64,000 nt of DNA from Chrysomallon squamiferum (Eukaryota; Animalia; Mollusca). The stretch's first letter is position 1, and every line of letters starts with the position of its first letter. The notes below the pieces were generated by a model. The model was given only the letters and a program-made list of their open reading frames with translations, did no database searches and was not told the DNA's origin. This document shows, one piece after another, positions 39,582 to 55,000 of the stretch. The position numbers were made by a program, and so were the translations under genes. Where the stretch lies: positions 31,558,001-31,622,000 of the forward strand of contig CM022679.1 of NCBI GenBank assembly GCA_012295275.1. The letters run 5' to 3'.

Positions 39582-42371
39582 ATGTCTGTATTGAAACTGC
39601 AAATCTGTCTCGTCTTACTTATTCTGGGATCAGTGGTTGCCCAGACACAACCCATTCAGAATCACAAAAAGTAAGATTCATTTTAACTCTCATACTGAGT
39701 GAATCCAAATGTAAATTATCTTATTTTGTAAGATTTATTTCTGTCCTTCTTACTTAATAAATATCAGACGAGGTTGGAAAATTGAAGACGAAGGATTCCA
39801 GATTCAGACTATTTAAATTTTTCTTTGTATATCCTATCCTCGCTCTTATTTACAAGTATATGTTATAGAGAAATAACTAATTTCATTCACATTTTGTGTA
39901 AAAGGCTTTATTATATTATTATATATATTTCTTTTTTGCACATCCTTCAGTCCACCGTGAGTATAATTTATCATTACATGACATTCACACAATATTTCTG
40001 TCCTGTATAAAGAAACATACTGCATCAAGTAAACTAATGGCATACAAATTAAAATTAGGAAAAACAATCTGAGAAATAGTGTTTCCTTCTAATCCAATAA
40101 TAAAAAAGAATTAGAATTATTAAGAGCTGATAATTAGTTTATGTTTCTCTTTCTTTTTCTGTCTTTCTTTGTTTTGTTTTTTTCCACAACTACAGCAACT
40201 TAGACCCACGTTGTTATTTGAAACATCATCAACAACAACAACAACAACAACAATAATAATAATAATAATAAATAATAATAATAATAATAAATAATAATAA
40301 TAATAATTGATGATTCTGATGAATATTATATGTGATGATGAATAGTATATGTACAACGATGGATGGTAATAATAAGAAATGTTATAATTATTTCATTATT
40401 ATGTCTGCTGAAAAAATTATTTTTATTTTTATTTATGTGTGCCCTTCAGACAATGGTATGTATCAATTACCAGTAGGTATCTTAAATGTGTTTACAGCAG
40501 TACCAAACAAATTCTTACATCAAAATTGAAGAAACAAATACACATCTGACCTGTTGTAATTTTATGCACTTTAATATAAATATTTTTAAATGAATTTTGA
40601 GATGACTAACCATGAGATGGATTCAAATTTATTTTTAAGTTCCGATACTTATTATTTGATTGATAATTGTTTCTCTTCAAAATATCAAACAAACAAACAG
40701 CCTGGTAAGTCTCATTCTCTTAAATTGTAAGACAATTTAATTCAGCAGAAGTATTATATATTGGGTCTTAGTTTTGTAAAACGTATCAGAAACCATTAAA
40801 ACAAGTCTCTTTGATATATTCGTAAGTTAATAGAGAGCACCCCACCTGGAAAAAGAACTGAATGGGGATTTCATGCAGTATGAACATAAGGGCATTAAAA
40901 CAGACGACATTGATAAAAAATAAATTGTTAAAAAGGACCTCATTATATATGACAATGCTGATAATGCTGAATTCATTTTCTAACAAATGGACACTCAATC
41001 AGTTTATGCTTTTTAAACATTCACACTTCTTTTCCTGCAAATATATACTTTTTACTTCCCTGTATATGTGAAGCATATTTATCCTTATTAGTGTATTGAT
41101 TAAGGACTTTTTTCTTTGATTGTTTGTCACTTTTATTCTTTGTTTTGCTATCTGATAATATATCAAAATAAAAGTAACACAATCAAAACATCTTTTTTTT
41201 TATCTTTTTAAAACAGGTCGAGAAGACATTCGTGAGTCCTATTCTCTTAAACTCTAAGACAAATTACATCAGCAGAAATATTATATTGGGTCTTAGTATT
41301 AGAAATATAAAGTACAAGTCTCACTGATATATTTATAAAGTAATAGGTACCCTTAAATTTTGCCTTCGAAAAACATTAGAATGAGGACTTCATGCACTAT
41401 GTTCATCATGACCATAAAACAGGACTTTTTGTGTGTGACAATGTTCATAATGCTGAATTCATTTTTCTAACGAGTAGACGTTCCATCAGTTTGTAATATA
41501 AACATTGAACTGCTTTTGCAGCAAATGTATACTTTTTCCTTAACTGTATATCTGAAGTATATTTATCCTTATTTCTGTCACTCGTATTTTTAATTTTGTC
41601 AACTCATAATACATCAAACTAAAAGTAATACAACCGAAACACTCAATTCTTATGACTGGATTTTTTTTTTTTTTAATCTTTTAGAAACAGATGGACAAAT
41701 ACCGGGTGAATTTTATGCTCTTAAACATTAAGACAAATTACATCAGAGGAAATATTATATTGGGTTTTATTTTTCTAATATGTATTAGAAATGTTAAGTA
41801 CAAGTCTCACTGATATATTTATAAAGTAATAGGTACCCTTAAATTTTGCCTTCGAAACAAATTAGAATGATGACTTCATGCACTATGTTCATCATAGCCT
41901 TAAAGCAGATGACATTCATTAAAAATAGTTTTCGTAATACGCATTCGAAACTAATAAATATAACTGTCACTGAATTGCACCGGTTCGGAATAAAATTATA
42001 TTGTTCAATGTTGACAGGAGGCAATTTCACCATTTACAAATAAAAGAATTCAGTTTGAGAAGACCGTACAAATGTCCAACCTTATGATTTAAAATCTCTA
42101 AAAATAAGTGAAACATTTCACATTACTGTCTAGCACTTTGTAAATTCATATCTACAAAGGTGAAGATATAATCACGTTTGTGAACAAACCCACGACAAAA
42201 TCATACTCACATTAAATTTCCTAATTGATCCTTCAGACAGTATATATATATTTTTTTGCTAATAATAATAATTTAAAAAAATGGTAATTAAATTTCTAGA
42301 AGATATACTGAATTTAAAATCAAAGCGTTTTTCTCCAAATCTTAAGAATATCATGTGTACAGTTAAATAAA

Positions 42372-42425
<54 letters not shown>

Positions 42426-42645
42426 GACAACAACAATAATAATAATGATAATACTCTTACACAGCAGTTCAGATAAACTTAGTATTTTAAAGACGATGTC
42501 AAAATGAAGAGAAAAGATCGGAACAGTTCGTTATCAAAAAACTGTATAGAGGTTATCTCAAGTAAAATAAAATAAAATGTAATTTGTATTTTCAGGATAA
42601 TCGGCAAGCGATCTGTTATCTCTGATCTGCCTCACATCAGAAGTT
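39582..42645 (+). CDS. Family A copy A5, 3'-partial (last exon falls in the gap); exons 39582-39670, 42596-42645; MSVLKLQICLVLLILGSVVAQTQPIQNHKKIIGKRSVISDLPHIRS...
   Basis: Canonical splice sites, open frame, GKR motif; the following intron is colinear with the paralogs up to the N run. Confidence 0.8.
40700..41990 (+). repeat. Intronic tandem repeat of a ~0.4-0.5 kb unit, three full copies here and two to four in other family A introns
   Basis: Motif TCTCTTAAA..TAAGACAAATTACATCAGC.GAAATATTATA.TGGG at about 40717, 41243 and 41718; also about 3540, 4055, 34770, 35180, 35698 and reversed at 21440-22530. Confidence 0.75.
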
Positions 42646-42860
42646 GTAAGTGTAGTACTTTTTGTCTAAACTAATACAAGAAAGAAAATGTATATTTTTG
42701 TGGATACTTATGTACGTAATTAAGCATATATCACTGAATGAATATATGTATATATGTTTGTATGTATGTATGTCTGTATGTATGTATGTATGCATACATG
42801 TATGTATGTATGATCGTATGCATGCATATATATGCATGTGGATGTGCATAAACGTGTGTA

Positions 42861-43060
42861 NNNNNNNNNNNNNNNNNNNNNNNNNNNNNNNNNNNNNNNN
42901 NNNNNNNNNNNNNNNNNNNNNNNNNNNNNNNNNNNNNNNNNNNNNNNNNNNNNNNNNNNNNNNNNNNNNNNNNNNNNNNNNNNNNNNNNNNNNNNNNNNN
43001 NNNNNNNNNNNNNNNNNNNNNNNNNNNNNNNNNNNNNNNNNNNNNNNNNNNNNNNNNNNN
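42861..43060. other. Scaffold gap, 200 N
   Basis: Run of N with a round placeholder length. Confidence 0.98.
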
Positions 43061-46000
43061 TTAGTATTATGGCTAGATTTAGTTATCTGTTTACCTTATG
43101 ACTAGGGTTAAAGTTAGTATTATGGTTAGATTTAGTTATCTGTTTACCTTATGACTAGGGTTAAAGTTAGTATTATGGTTAGATTTAGTTATCTGTTTAC
43201 CTTATGACTAGGGTTAAAGTTAGTATTATGGTTAGATTTAGTTATCTGTTTTACCTTATGACTAGGGGGTTAAAGTTAGTATTATGGTTAGATTTAGTTA
43301 TCTGTTTACCTTATGACTAGGGTTAAGTTTAGTATTATGGTTAGATTTAGTTATTGTTTTACCTTATGACTAGGGTTAAGTATTATTATGGTTAGATTTA
43401 GTTATCTGTTTTACCTTATGACTAGGGTTAAAGTTAGTATTATGGTTAGATTTAGTTATCTGTTTACCTTATGACTAGGGTTAAAGTTAGTATTATGGTT
43501 AGATTTAGTTATCTGTTTACCTTATGACTAGGGTTAAAGTTAGTATTATGGTTAGATTTAGTTATCTGTTTACCTTATGACTAGGGTTAAAGTTAGTATT
43601 ATGGTTAGATTTAGTTATCTGTTTACCTTATGACTAGGGTTAAAGTTAGTATTATGGTTAGATTTAGTTATCTGTTTACCTTATGACTAGGGTTAAAGTT
43701 AGTATTATGGTTAGATTTAGTTATCTGTTTACCTTATGACTAGGGTAAAAAGTTATTATTATGGTTAGATTTAGTTTATCTGTTTACCTTTTATGACTAG
43801 GGTTAAAGTTAGTATTATGGTTAGATTTAGTTATCTGTTTACCTTATGACTAGGGTTAAAGTTAGTATTATGGTTAGATTTAGTTATCTGTTTACCTTAT
43901 GACTAGGGTTAAAGTTAGTATTATGGTTAATCTGTTTTTACCTTATGACTAGGGTTAAAGTTAGTATTATGGTTAGATTTAGTTATCTGTTTACCTTATG
44001 ACTAGGGTTAAAGTTAGTATTATGGTTAGATTTTAGTTATCTGTTTACCTTATGACTAGGGTTAAAGTTAGTATTATGGTTAGATTTAGTTATCTGTTTT
44101 ACCTTATGACTAGGGTTAAAAAGTTAGTATTATGGTTAGATTTAGTTATCTGTTTACCTTATGACTAGGGTTAAAGTTAGTATTATATTTAGATTTAGTT
44201 ATCCTTTTACCTTTATGACTAGGGTTAAGTATTATGGTTATTATGGTTATTTTTTAGTTATCTGTTTACCTTATGACTAGGGTTAAAGTTAGTATTATGG
44301 TTAGATTTAGTTATCTGTTTTTACCTTATGACTAGGGTTAAAGTTAGTATTATGGTTAGATTTAGTTATCTTTTACCTTATGACTAGGGTTAAAGTTAGT
44401 ATTATGGTTAGATTTAGTTATCTGTTTACCTTTATGACTAGGGTTAAAGTTAGTATATTATGGATTTAGATTTAGTTATCTGTTTTACCTTATGACTAGG
44501 GTTAAAGTTAGTATTATGGTTAGATTTAGTTATCTGTTTACCTTATGACTAGGGTTAAAAAGTTTATTATTATGGTTAGATTTAGTTATCTGTTTACCTT
44601 ATGACTAGGGTTAAAGTTAGTATTATGGTTAGGGTTAAAGTTTTAGTATTATGGTTAGATTTAGTTATCTGTTTTACCTTATGACTAGGGTTAAAGTTAG
44701 TATTATGGTTAGATTTAGTTATCTGTTTACCTTTATGACTAGGGTTAAAGTTAGTATTATGGTTAGATTTAGTTATCTGTTTACCTTATGACTAGGGTTA
44801 AATTTAGTATTATGGTTAGATTTAGTTATCTTTTTTACCTTATGACTAGGGTTAAAGTTAGTATTATGGTTAGATTTAGTTATCTTTTTACCTTATGACT
44901 AGGGTTAAAAGTTAGTATTATGGTTAGATTTAGTTATCTGTTTTTTACCTTATTATGACTAGGGTTAAAGTTAGTATTATGGTTAGATTTAGTTATCTGT
45001 TTACCTTATATTACTAGGTTTAAAGTTAGTATTATGGTTAGATTTAGTTATCTGTTTACCTTATGATTAGGGTTAAAGTTAGTTATTATGGTTGGATTTA
45101 GTTATCTGTTTAGTTATGACTAGGGTTTTAGTATTATGGTTAGATTTAGTAGGGTTACCTTTTATTATTATTTGGTTAGATTTAGTTTATTTGTTTTACC
45201 TTTTTATTAGGGTTAATTTTAGTATTATGGTTAGATTTAGTTATCTGTTTTACCTTATTACTAGGGTTAAAGTTATTTATTATGGTTAGATTTAGTTATC
45301 TGTTTACCTTTATGACTAGGGTTAAAAGTTAGTATTATGGTTAGATTTAGTTATCTACCTTTTTATGAGGTTAGGGTTAAAGTTAGTATTATGGTTAGAT
45401 TTAGTTATCTGTTTACCTTATGACTAGGGTTAAAGTTAGTATTATGGTTAGATTTAGTTATCTGTTTTACCTTATGACTAGGGTTAAAGTTAGTATTATA
45501 TGGTTAGATTTAGTTATCTTTTTACCTTATGACTAGGGTTAAAGTTAGTATTATGGTTAGATTTTAGTTATCTGTTTTACCTTATGACTAGGGTTAAAGT
45601 TAGTATTATGGTTAGATTTAGATTTATATCTTTTACCTTATGACTAAGTTAAAGTTAGTAGATATTATGGTTAGATTTGTTTATCTGTTTACCTTTATGA
45701 CTAGGGTTAAAGTTATTATTATTATTTGGTTAGATTTAGTTATCTGTTTACCTTATGACTAGGGTTAAAGTTAGTATTATGGTTAGATTTAGTTATCTGT
45801 TTACCTTATGACTAGGGTTAAAGTTAGTATTATGGTTAGATTTAGTTATCTGTTTACCTTATGACTAGGGTTAAAGTTAGTATTATGGTTAGATTTAGTT
45901 ATCTGTTTTTATTTTTATGACTAGGGTTAAAGTTAGTATTATGGATTGGTTAGATTTAGTTATCTTTTTACCTTATGACTAGGGTTAAAGTTAGTATTAT

Positions 46001-49000
46001 GGTTAGATTTAGTTATCTGTTTACCTTTTTACTAGGGTTAGGGTAAAGTTAGTTAGTTATAGATTTAGATTTAGTTATCTGTTTACCTTATGACTAGGGT
46101 TAAAGTTATTATTATGATTTTAGATTTAGTTTATCTGTTTTACCTTATGACTAGGGTTAAAGTTAGTATTATGGTTAGATTTAGTTATCTGTTTACCTTA
46201 TGACTAGGGTTAAATTTGGTTTTATTATGATTTAGATTTATTTATCTTTTTACCTTATGACTAGGGTTAAATTATTATTATTATAGATTTAGTTATCTGT
46301 TTTTGACTAGGGTTAAAGTTTATTATTATGGTTAGATTTAGTTATCTGTAGTTTTATTATTAGGGTTAAGTTTAGTATTATTATGGTTAGATTTAGTTAT
46401 GTTTTTATTATGACTAGGGTTAAAGTTTTATTATGGTTAGATTTAGTTATCTGTTTTACCTTATGACTAGGGTTAAAGTTAGTATTATGGTTAGATTTAG
46501 TTATTTTTACCTTATGACTAGGGTTAAAGTTAGTATTATGGTTAGATTTAGTTATCTGTTTACCTTATGACTAGGGTTAAAGTTAGTATTATGGTTAGAT
46601 TATTTAGTTATTATGTTTTTTTATTTAGTTATTTGTTTTAAGTTAGTATGTTTATTAGGTTATTTATCTTTACCTTATTTAGGGGTTAATTTAGTTTATC
46701 TATAGATTTTGTTTTTTTACTAGGGTTAAAGTTAGTATTATGGTTAGATTTAGTTTATCTTTTTACCTTATTATTTAGGGTTAAATTTAGTATTATGGTT
46801 AGATTTAGTTATCTGTTTACTTTATGACTAGGGTTAAAGTTAGTATTATGGTTAGATTTAGTTTATCTTTTACCTTATGACTAGGGTTAAAGTTAGTATT
46901 ATGGTTAGATTTAGTTATCTGTTTACCTTATGACTAGGGTTAAAGTTAGTATTATTATGGTTAGATTTAGTTATCTTTTTTACCTTATTACTAGGGTTAA
47001 AGTTATTATTATGATTTAGATTTAGTTATCTGTTTACCTTATGACTAGGGTTAAAGTTAGTATTATGGTTAGATTTAGTTATCTGTTTACCTTATGACTA
47101 GGGTTAAAGTTAGTATTATGGTTAGATTTAGTTATCTGTTTACCTTATGACTAGGGTTAAAGTTAGTATTATGGTTAGATTTAGTTATCTGTTTACCTTA
47201 TGGTTAAGGGTTAAAGTTAGTATTATGGATTTAGATTTAGTTATCTGTTTACCTTTTATGGTTAGGGTTAAAGTTAGTATTATTATTTAGATTTTAGTTA
47301 TTTTTTTTACCTTATTGACTAGGGTTAAAGTTAGTATTTATGGTTAGATTTAGTTATCTGTTTACTTTTATGACTAGGGTTAAAGTTAGTATTATGGTTA
47401 GATTTATTTATTTGTTTTTTACCTTATGACTAGGGTTAAAGTTAGTATTTGGTTTAGATTTAGTTATCTGTTTACCTTATGACTAGGGTTAAAGTTATTA
47501 TTATGGTTAGATTTAGTTATTTTTGTTTTGACTTTATTTTATTATGGTTAGATTTATTTTTTATTATGGTTAGTTTATTTAGTTATCTGTTTACCTTATG
47601 ACTAGGGGTTAAATTTATTATTATGGTTAGATTTAGTTTATCTTTTACCTTATGACTAGGGTTAAAGTTAGTATTATGGTTAGATTTAAGTTATCTGTTG
47701 TTTTACCTTATGACTAGGGTTAAAGTTAGTATTATGGTTAGATTTTTTATTTATTTACCTTTTACCTTATGACTTAAAGTTAAAGTTAGTTAGTATATGG
47801 ATTTAGATTTTTAGTTATTTGTTTACCTTATGACTAGGGTTAAAGTTAGTATTATGGTTAGATATTAGTTATCTTACCTTTTACTTAGTTAAAGTTTATT
47901 ATGGTTAGTTATCTGTTTACCTTTATATTAGGGTTGGTTATTTATTATTAGATTTAGTTATCTGTTTACCTTATTACTAGGGTTAAAGTTAGTATTATGG
48001 TTAGATTTAGTTATCTGTTTACCTTATGACTAGGGTTAAAGTTAGTATTATGGTTAGATTTAGTTATCTGTTTACCTTATGACTAGGGTTAAAGTTAGTA
48101 TTATGGTTAGATTTAGTTATCTGTTTACCTTTTTTTAGGGTTAAAGTTATTATTATTATGGTTAGATTTAGTTATCTGTTTACCTTTATTAGGGTTAAAT
48201 TTAGTATTATGGTTAGATTTAGTTATCTGTTTTACCTTATGACTAGGGTTAAAGTTAGTATTATGGTTAGATTTAGTTATCTATTTGTTTTTACCTTATG
48301 ACTAGGGTTAAAAGTTAGTATTATTATGGATTTAGATTTTAGTTATCTGTTTTATTTATGACTAGGTTAAAAAGTTATTATTATGGTTAGATTTAGTTAT
48401 CTGTTTACCTTTTTTTAGGTTTAGGGTTAAAGTTAGTATTATGGTTAGATTTAGTTTTATCTGTTTTACCTTATGGTTAGGGTTAAATTTAGTTATATTA
48501 TGGTTTTATTTTAGTTATCTTTTTTTACCTTATTTTAGGTTTTTTTATTATTATGGTTAGATTTAGTTATCTGTTTACCTTATTACTAGGGTTAAAGTTA
48601 GTATTATGGTTAGATTTAGTTATCTGTTTACCTTATGACTAGGGTTAAAGTTATTATTTTGGTTAGATTTAGTTATCTGTTTACCTTATGACTAGGGTTA
48701 AAGTTAGTATTATGGTTAGATTTAGTTATCTGTTTACCTTATGACTAGGGTTAAAGTTAGTATTATGGTTAGATTTAGTTATATCTTTTTACCTTATGAC
48801 TAGGGTTAAAGTTAGTATTATGGTTAGATTTAGTTATCTGTTTACCTTATGACTAGGGTTAAAGTTTATTATATTATGGTTAGATTTAGTTATCTCTTTA
48901 CCTTATGACTAGGGTTAAAGTTAGTATTATGGTTAGATTTAGTTATCTGTTTACCTTTATGACTAGGGTTAAAGTTAGTATTATGGTTAGATTTAGTTAT

Positions 49001-52000
49001 CTGTTTACCTTATGACTAGGGTTAAAGTTAGTATTATGGTTAGATTTAGTTATCTGTTTACCTTATGACTAGGGTTAAAGTTAGTATTATGGATTTAGAT
49101 TTATTTATCTGTTTTATTATGACTAAGGGTTAAAGTTAGTATTATGTTTTAGATTTAGTTATCTTTTTACCTTATTGATTAGGGTTAAGTTAGTTAGTAT
49201 TATGGTTAGATTTAGTTATCTGTTTACCTTATGACTAGGGTTAAAGTTAGTATTATGGTTAGATTTAGTTATCTGTTTACCTTATCACTAGGGTTAAAGT
49301 TAGTATTATGGTTAGATTTAGTTATCTGTTTACCTTTTGACTAGGGTTAAAGTTAGTATTATGGTTAGATTTAGTTATCTGTTTACCTTATGACTAGGGT
49401 TAGGGTTAAAGTTAGTATTTGGATTTAGATTTAGTTATCTGTTTACCTTATGACTAGGGTTAAAGTTAGTATTATGGATTTAGTTTTTTTATTTGTTTTA
49501 TGACTAGGGTTAAAGTTAGTATTATGGTTAGATTTAGTTATCTGTTTACCTTTGACTAGGGTTAAAGTTAGTTATTATGTTTAGTTATTTAGTTATATTT
49601 GTTTTACCTTATTACTAGGGTTAAATTTAGTATTATGGTTAGATTTAGTTATCTGTTTACCTTATGACTAGGGTTAAAGTTATTATTATGGTTAGATTTA
49701 GTTATCTGTTTACCTTATGCTAGGGTTAAAGTTATTATTATGGTTAGATTTAGTTATCTGTTTTTACCTTTAGGGTTAGGTTTAAAGTTAGTATTATGGT
49801 TTATTTAGTTATCTAGTTAGGGTTAAAGTTAGTATTATGGTTAGATTTAGTTATCTGTTTACCTTATGACTAGGGTTAAAGTTAGTATTATGGTTAGATT
49901 TAGTTATCTGTTTACCTTATGACTAGGGTTAAAGTTAGTATTATGGTTAGATTAGTTTTAGTTATCTTTTACCTTACTAGGTTAAGGGTTAAATTTAGTA
50001 TTATGGTTAGATTTAGTTATCTGTTTACCTTATGACTATGGGTTAAAGTTTATTATTATGATTTAGATTTAGTTATCTTTTTTATTATGAGGGTTAGGGT
50101 TAAAGTTAGTATTATTATGATTTATTTTAGTTTTTGTTTACCTTATTTTAGGGTTAAATTTAGTATTATGGTTAGATTTTAGTTATCTGTTTTACCTTAT
50201 GACTAGGGTTAAAGTTAGTTATTATTATGGTTTAGATTTTTAGTTATCTGTTTACCTTATTACTAGGGTTAAATTTAGTATTATGGTTAGTTTTATTTAT
50301 TTTTTTACTTTTATAAAGTTAGGGTTAAAGTTTTATTATTATTATTTATTTAGTTATTTGTTTACCTTATGTTAGGGTTAAAGTTAGTATTATGGTTAGA
50401 TTTAGTTATCTGTTTTACCTTATGACTAGGGTTAAAGTTAGTATTATGGTTAGATTTAGTTATCTGTTTACCTTATTTATATTAGGGTTAGGGTAGTATT
50501 ATGGTTATTATTATGGATTTAGATTTAGTTATCTGTTTTACCTTATTATGGTTAGGGTTAAAGTTATTATTATGGATTTTATTTAGTTTATTGTTTACCT
50601 TTATGTTAGGGTTAAAGTTAGTATTATGGTTAGATTTAGTTTATCTGTTTACCTTATTACTAGGGTTAAAGTTAGTATTATGGTTAGATTTAGTTATCTG
50701 TTTTTATTATGGTTAGGGTTAAAGTTTTATTATGGTTATTTTTTACCTTATGGTTAGGGTTAAAGTTAGTATTATGGATTTAGATTTAGTTTATTTGTTT
50801 TTTTTTTATGACTAGGGTTAAAGTTAGTATTATGGTTAGATTTAGTTATCTGTTTACCTTATGACTAGGGTTAAATTTTATTATTATGGTTAGATTTAGT
50901 TATTTGTTTACCTTATTATTTAGGGTTTAAAGTTAGGGTTAAAGTTAGTATTTATGGTTAGATTTAGTTATCTGTTTTTTTATGACTAGGGGTAAAGTTT
51001 ATTATTATTATGGTTAGATTTTAGTTTGTTTTTGTTTATTAAATTACCTTATGGTTTAGGGTTAAATTAGGTTTAGTATTATGGTTAGATTTAGTTTATC
51101 TTGTTTACCTTATGACTAGGGTTAAAGTTATTATTTATTAGATTTTTCTGTTTACCTTATTTTAGGGTTAAAGTTATTATTATGGTTAGATTTTTTATTG
51201 TTTACCTTATGACTAGGTTAGTTAGTATTGGTTAGATTTAGTTATCTGTTTTACCTTATTATTAGGGTTAAAGTTAGTATTATGGTTAGATTTAGTTATC
51301 TGTTTACCTTATGACTAGGGTTAAAGTTAATTATTATGGTTAGATTTAGTTATCTGTTTACCTTATGACTAGGGTTAAAGTTAGTATTATGGTTAGATTT
51401 AGTTATCTGTTTACCTTATGACTAGTGTTAAAGTTAGTATTATGGTTAGATTTAGTTATCTGTTTACCTTATGTTTAGGGTTAAAGTTATTATTATGATT
51501 TAGATTTAGTTATCTTTTTACCTTATGACTAGGGTTAAAGTTAGTATTATTATTATTTAGTTATTTAGTTATCTGTTTTATGACTAGGGTTAAAGTTAGT
51601 ATTATTAGATTTAGTTTATTTATTTATCTATTTTTATTATATTAGGGTTATTAGTTATTATATTATGTTTATTTAGTTTATCTGTTTTATTTTTTATGGT
51701 TAGGGTTAAAGTTAGTATTATGGTTAGTTTTATTTTATCTTTTACCTTATTATTACTAGGGTTAAAGTTATTATTATTATTTAGATTTTTATTTATCTGT
51801 TTACTTTATGACTAGGGTTAAAGTTAGTATTATGGTTAGATTTTTATTTATCTTTTACCTTATTTACTAGGGTTAAAGTTAGTATTATATTTAGATTTTT
51901 TATCTATTTTACCTTATTAGGGTTAGGGTTAATTATTTTTATTATGGTTAGATTTGTTTATCTTTTACCTTATTTTAGGGTTAAAAATTTATTTATTATG

Positions 52001-55000
52001 GATTTAGATTTAGTTATCTGTTTTTTATTTTATGAGTTAGGTTAAATTTATTATTATTTTAGATTTAGTTATCTGTTTACCCTTATTACTAGGGTTAAAT
52101 TTAGTATTATTTAGTTATTTAGTTATCTTTTTACCTTATGACTAGGGTTAAAGTAGTATTATTATTATATTTTAGATTTAGTTATCTGTTTTACCTTATG
52201 ACTAGGGGGTAAATTTAGGGTTATTTAGTTATCTGTTTTTTATTTTAGGTTTTATTTTATTTATTAGTTTTACCTTATGTATTAGGGTTAAAGTTTAGTA
52301 TTATGGTTAGATTTATTTATCTGTTTACCTTATGACTAGGGTTAAAGTTAGTATTATGGTTAGATTTATTTATCTGTTTACCTTATGACTAGGGTTAAAG
52401 TTAGTATTATGGTTAGATTTAGTTATCTGTTTACCTTATGACTAGGGTTAAAGTTAGTATTATGGTTAGATTTAGTTATCTGTTTACCTTTATAGGGTTA
52501 AAGTTAGTATTATTATTTAGTTATCTGTTTACCTTATTACTAGGGTTAAAGTTAGTATTATGGTTAGATTTAGTTATCTGTTTTACCTTTGACTAGGGTT
52601 AAAGTTAGTATTATGATTTTTATTGTTTTTATTTATTATTTTATTTAGTTATCTGTTTTATGACTAGGGTTAAAGTTAGTATTATGGTTAGATTTAGTTA
52701 TCTGTTTACCTTATGACTAGGGTTAAAGTTAGTATTATGGTTAGATTTAGTTATCTGTTTACCTTATGACTAGGGTTAAAGTTAGTATTATGGTTAGATT
52801 TAGTTATCTGTTTACCTTATGACTAGGGTTAAAGTTAGTATTATGGTTAGATTTAGTTATCTGTTTACCTTATTATGACTAGGGTTAATTTTAGTATTTT
52901 GTTTTAGATTTAGTTATCTGTTTTATTATTACTAGGTTAAAGTTTATTATGGTTAGATTTATTATCTGTTTAGTTTTAGGGTTTAGTTTTATTTAGATTT
53001 TTACCTTTTATGACTAGGGTTAAAGTTTTATTATGGTTAGATTTTAGTTTATCTTTTACCTTATTACTAGGGTTAAAGTTATTATTATTAGATTTAGTTT
53101 TCTGTTTACCTTATGACTAGGGTTAAAGTTAGTATTATGATTTTAGATTTATTTTTGTTTTTGTTAGGGTTATGTTATTAGGGTTAATTTAGTTATCTGT
53201 TATTATGGTTAGATTTAGTTATCTTTTTATCTGTTTATGACTAGGGTTAAAGTTAATTATGGTTAGATTTTAGATTTTTGTTTATCTTTTTAGGGTTAAA
53301 GTTAGATTATGGTTAGTTAAAGTTAGTATTTATTATTTAGATTTAGTTATCTGTTTTACCTTATGTTTAGGGTTAAATTTAGTATTTTTTTTTTTAGTTA
53401 TCTTTTTACCTTATGACTAGGGTTAGTTATTTTAGTATTTTGGATTTAGATTTAGTTATCTGTTTACTAGGGTTTATGGTTAGGGTTAATTATGTTATTT
53501 ATTATTTTTTAGATTTAGTTATCTGTTTTAGTTAGTATTATGGTTAGATTTAGTGTTTATTTAGTTATTATGGTTATTTGGTTTATTTGTTTTTACCTTA
53601 TTACTAGGGTTAAAGTTAGTATTATGGTTAGATTTAGTTATCTGTTTACCTTATGACTAGGGTTAAAGTTAGTATTATGGTTAGATTTAGTTATCTGTTT
53701 ACCTTATGACTAGGGTTAAAGTTAGTATTATGGTTAGATTTAGTTATCTGTTTACCTTATGACTAGGGTTAAAGTTAGTATTATGGTTATATTTATTTAT
53801 TTGTTTACCTTATGACTAGGGTTAAAGTTAGTATTATGGTTAGATTTAGTTATTTGTTTTACCTTATGACTAGGTTAAAAGTATTTTAGTTTTGGTTAGA
53901 TTTATCTGTTTACCTTATGATTAGGGTTAAAGTTAGTATTATGGTTAGATTTAGTTATCTGTTTACCTTATTACTAGGTTTAAGTTTATTATTATGATTT
54001 TTATTTTTTTTTTTTATCTAGGGTTTACCTTATGGTTATGGTTATTTAGTTTATCTGTTTACCTTATTTGGTTTTTAGTATTATTTAGATTTATTTTATC
54101 TGTTTCTGTTTTATTACTAGGTTTTATTTTATTATGTTTTAGATTTAGTTATCTGTTTACTTTATGATTTAGGGTTAAAGTTTTTAGTATTATGGTTAGA
54201 TTTAGTTATCTGTTTACCTTATGACTAGGGTTAAAGTTAGTATTATGGTTAGATTTAGTTATCTGTTTACCTTATGACTAGGGTTAAAGTTAGTATTATG
54301 GTTAGATTTAGTTATCTGTTTACCTTATGACTAGGGTTAAAGTTAGTATTATGGTTAGATTTATTTTTGTTATTTTACCTTATGACTAGGGTTATGAGTT
54401 AGGGTTAATTTTATTATTATGTTTTAGATTTAGTTATCTTTTACCTTTTACCTTATGACTAGGGTTAAAGTTAGTATTATGGATTTAGATTGTTTATCTG
54501 TTTACTTTTATTAGGGTTAAAGTTAGTATTATGGTTATTTAGTTATCTGTTTACTTTATGACTAGGTTAAAGTTAGTATTATGGTTAGATTTAGTTATTG
54601 TTTTTACCTTATGACTAGGGTTAAAGTTAGTATTATGGTTAGATTTAGTTATCTGTTTACCTTTTTATGACTAGGGTTAAAAGTTATTATTATGGTTTTA
54701 TTTGTTTCTTTTACCTTATGACTAGGGTTAAAGTTAGTTATTATGGTTAGATTTAGTTATCTTTTTACCTTATGACTAGGGTTAAAGTTAGTATTATGGT
54801 TAGATTTAGTTATCTGTTTTTTTATTATGACTAGGGTTAAAGTTAGTATTATGGTTAGATTTAGTTATCTGTTTACCTTATGACTAGGGTTAAAGTTAGT
54901 ATTATATTTAGATTAGTTTATCTTTTTTATGACTAGGGTTAAAGTTAGTATTATGGTTATGATTTAGTTATTTAGTTATCTGTTTTACCTTATGGTTAAA

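Noticed and set aside
42662-43105. ORFs spanning N runs (also 62843-63215)
   Set aside because: Artefacts of translating gaps.
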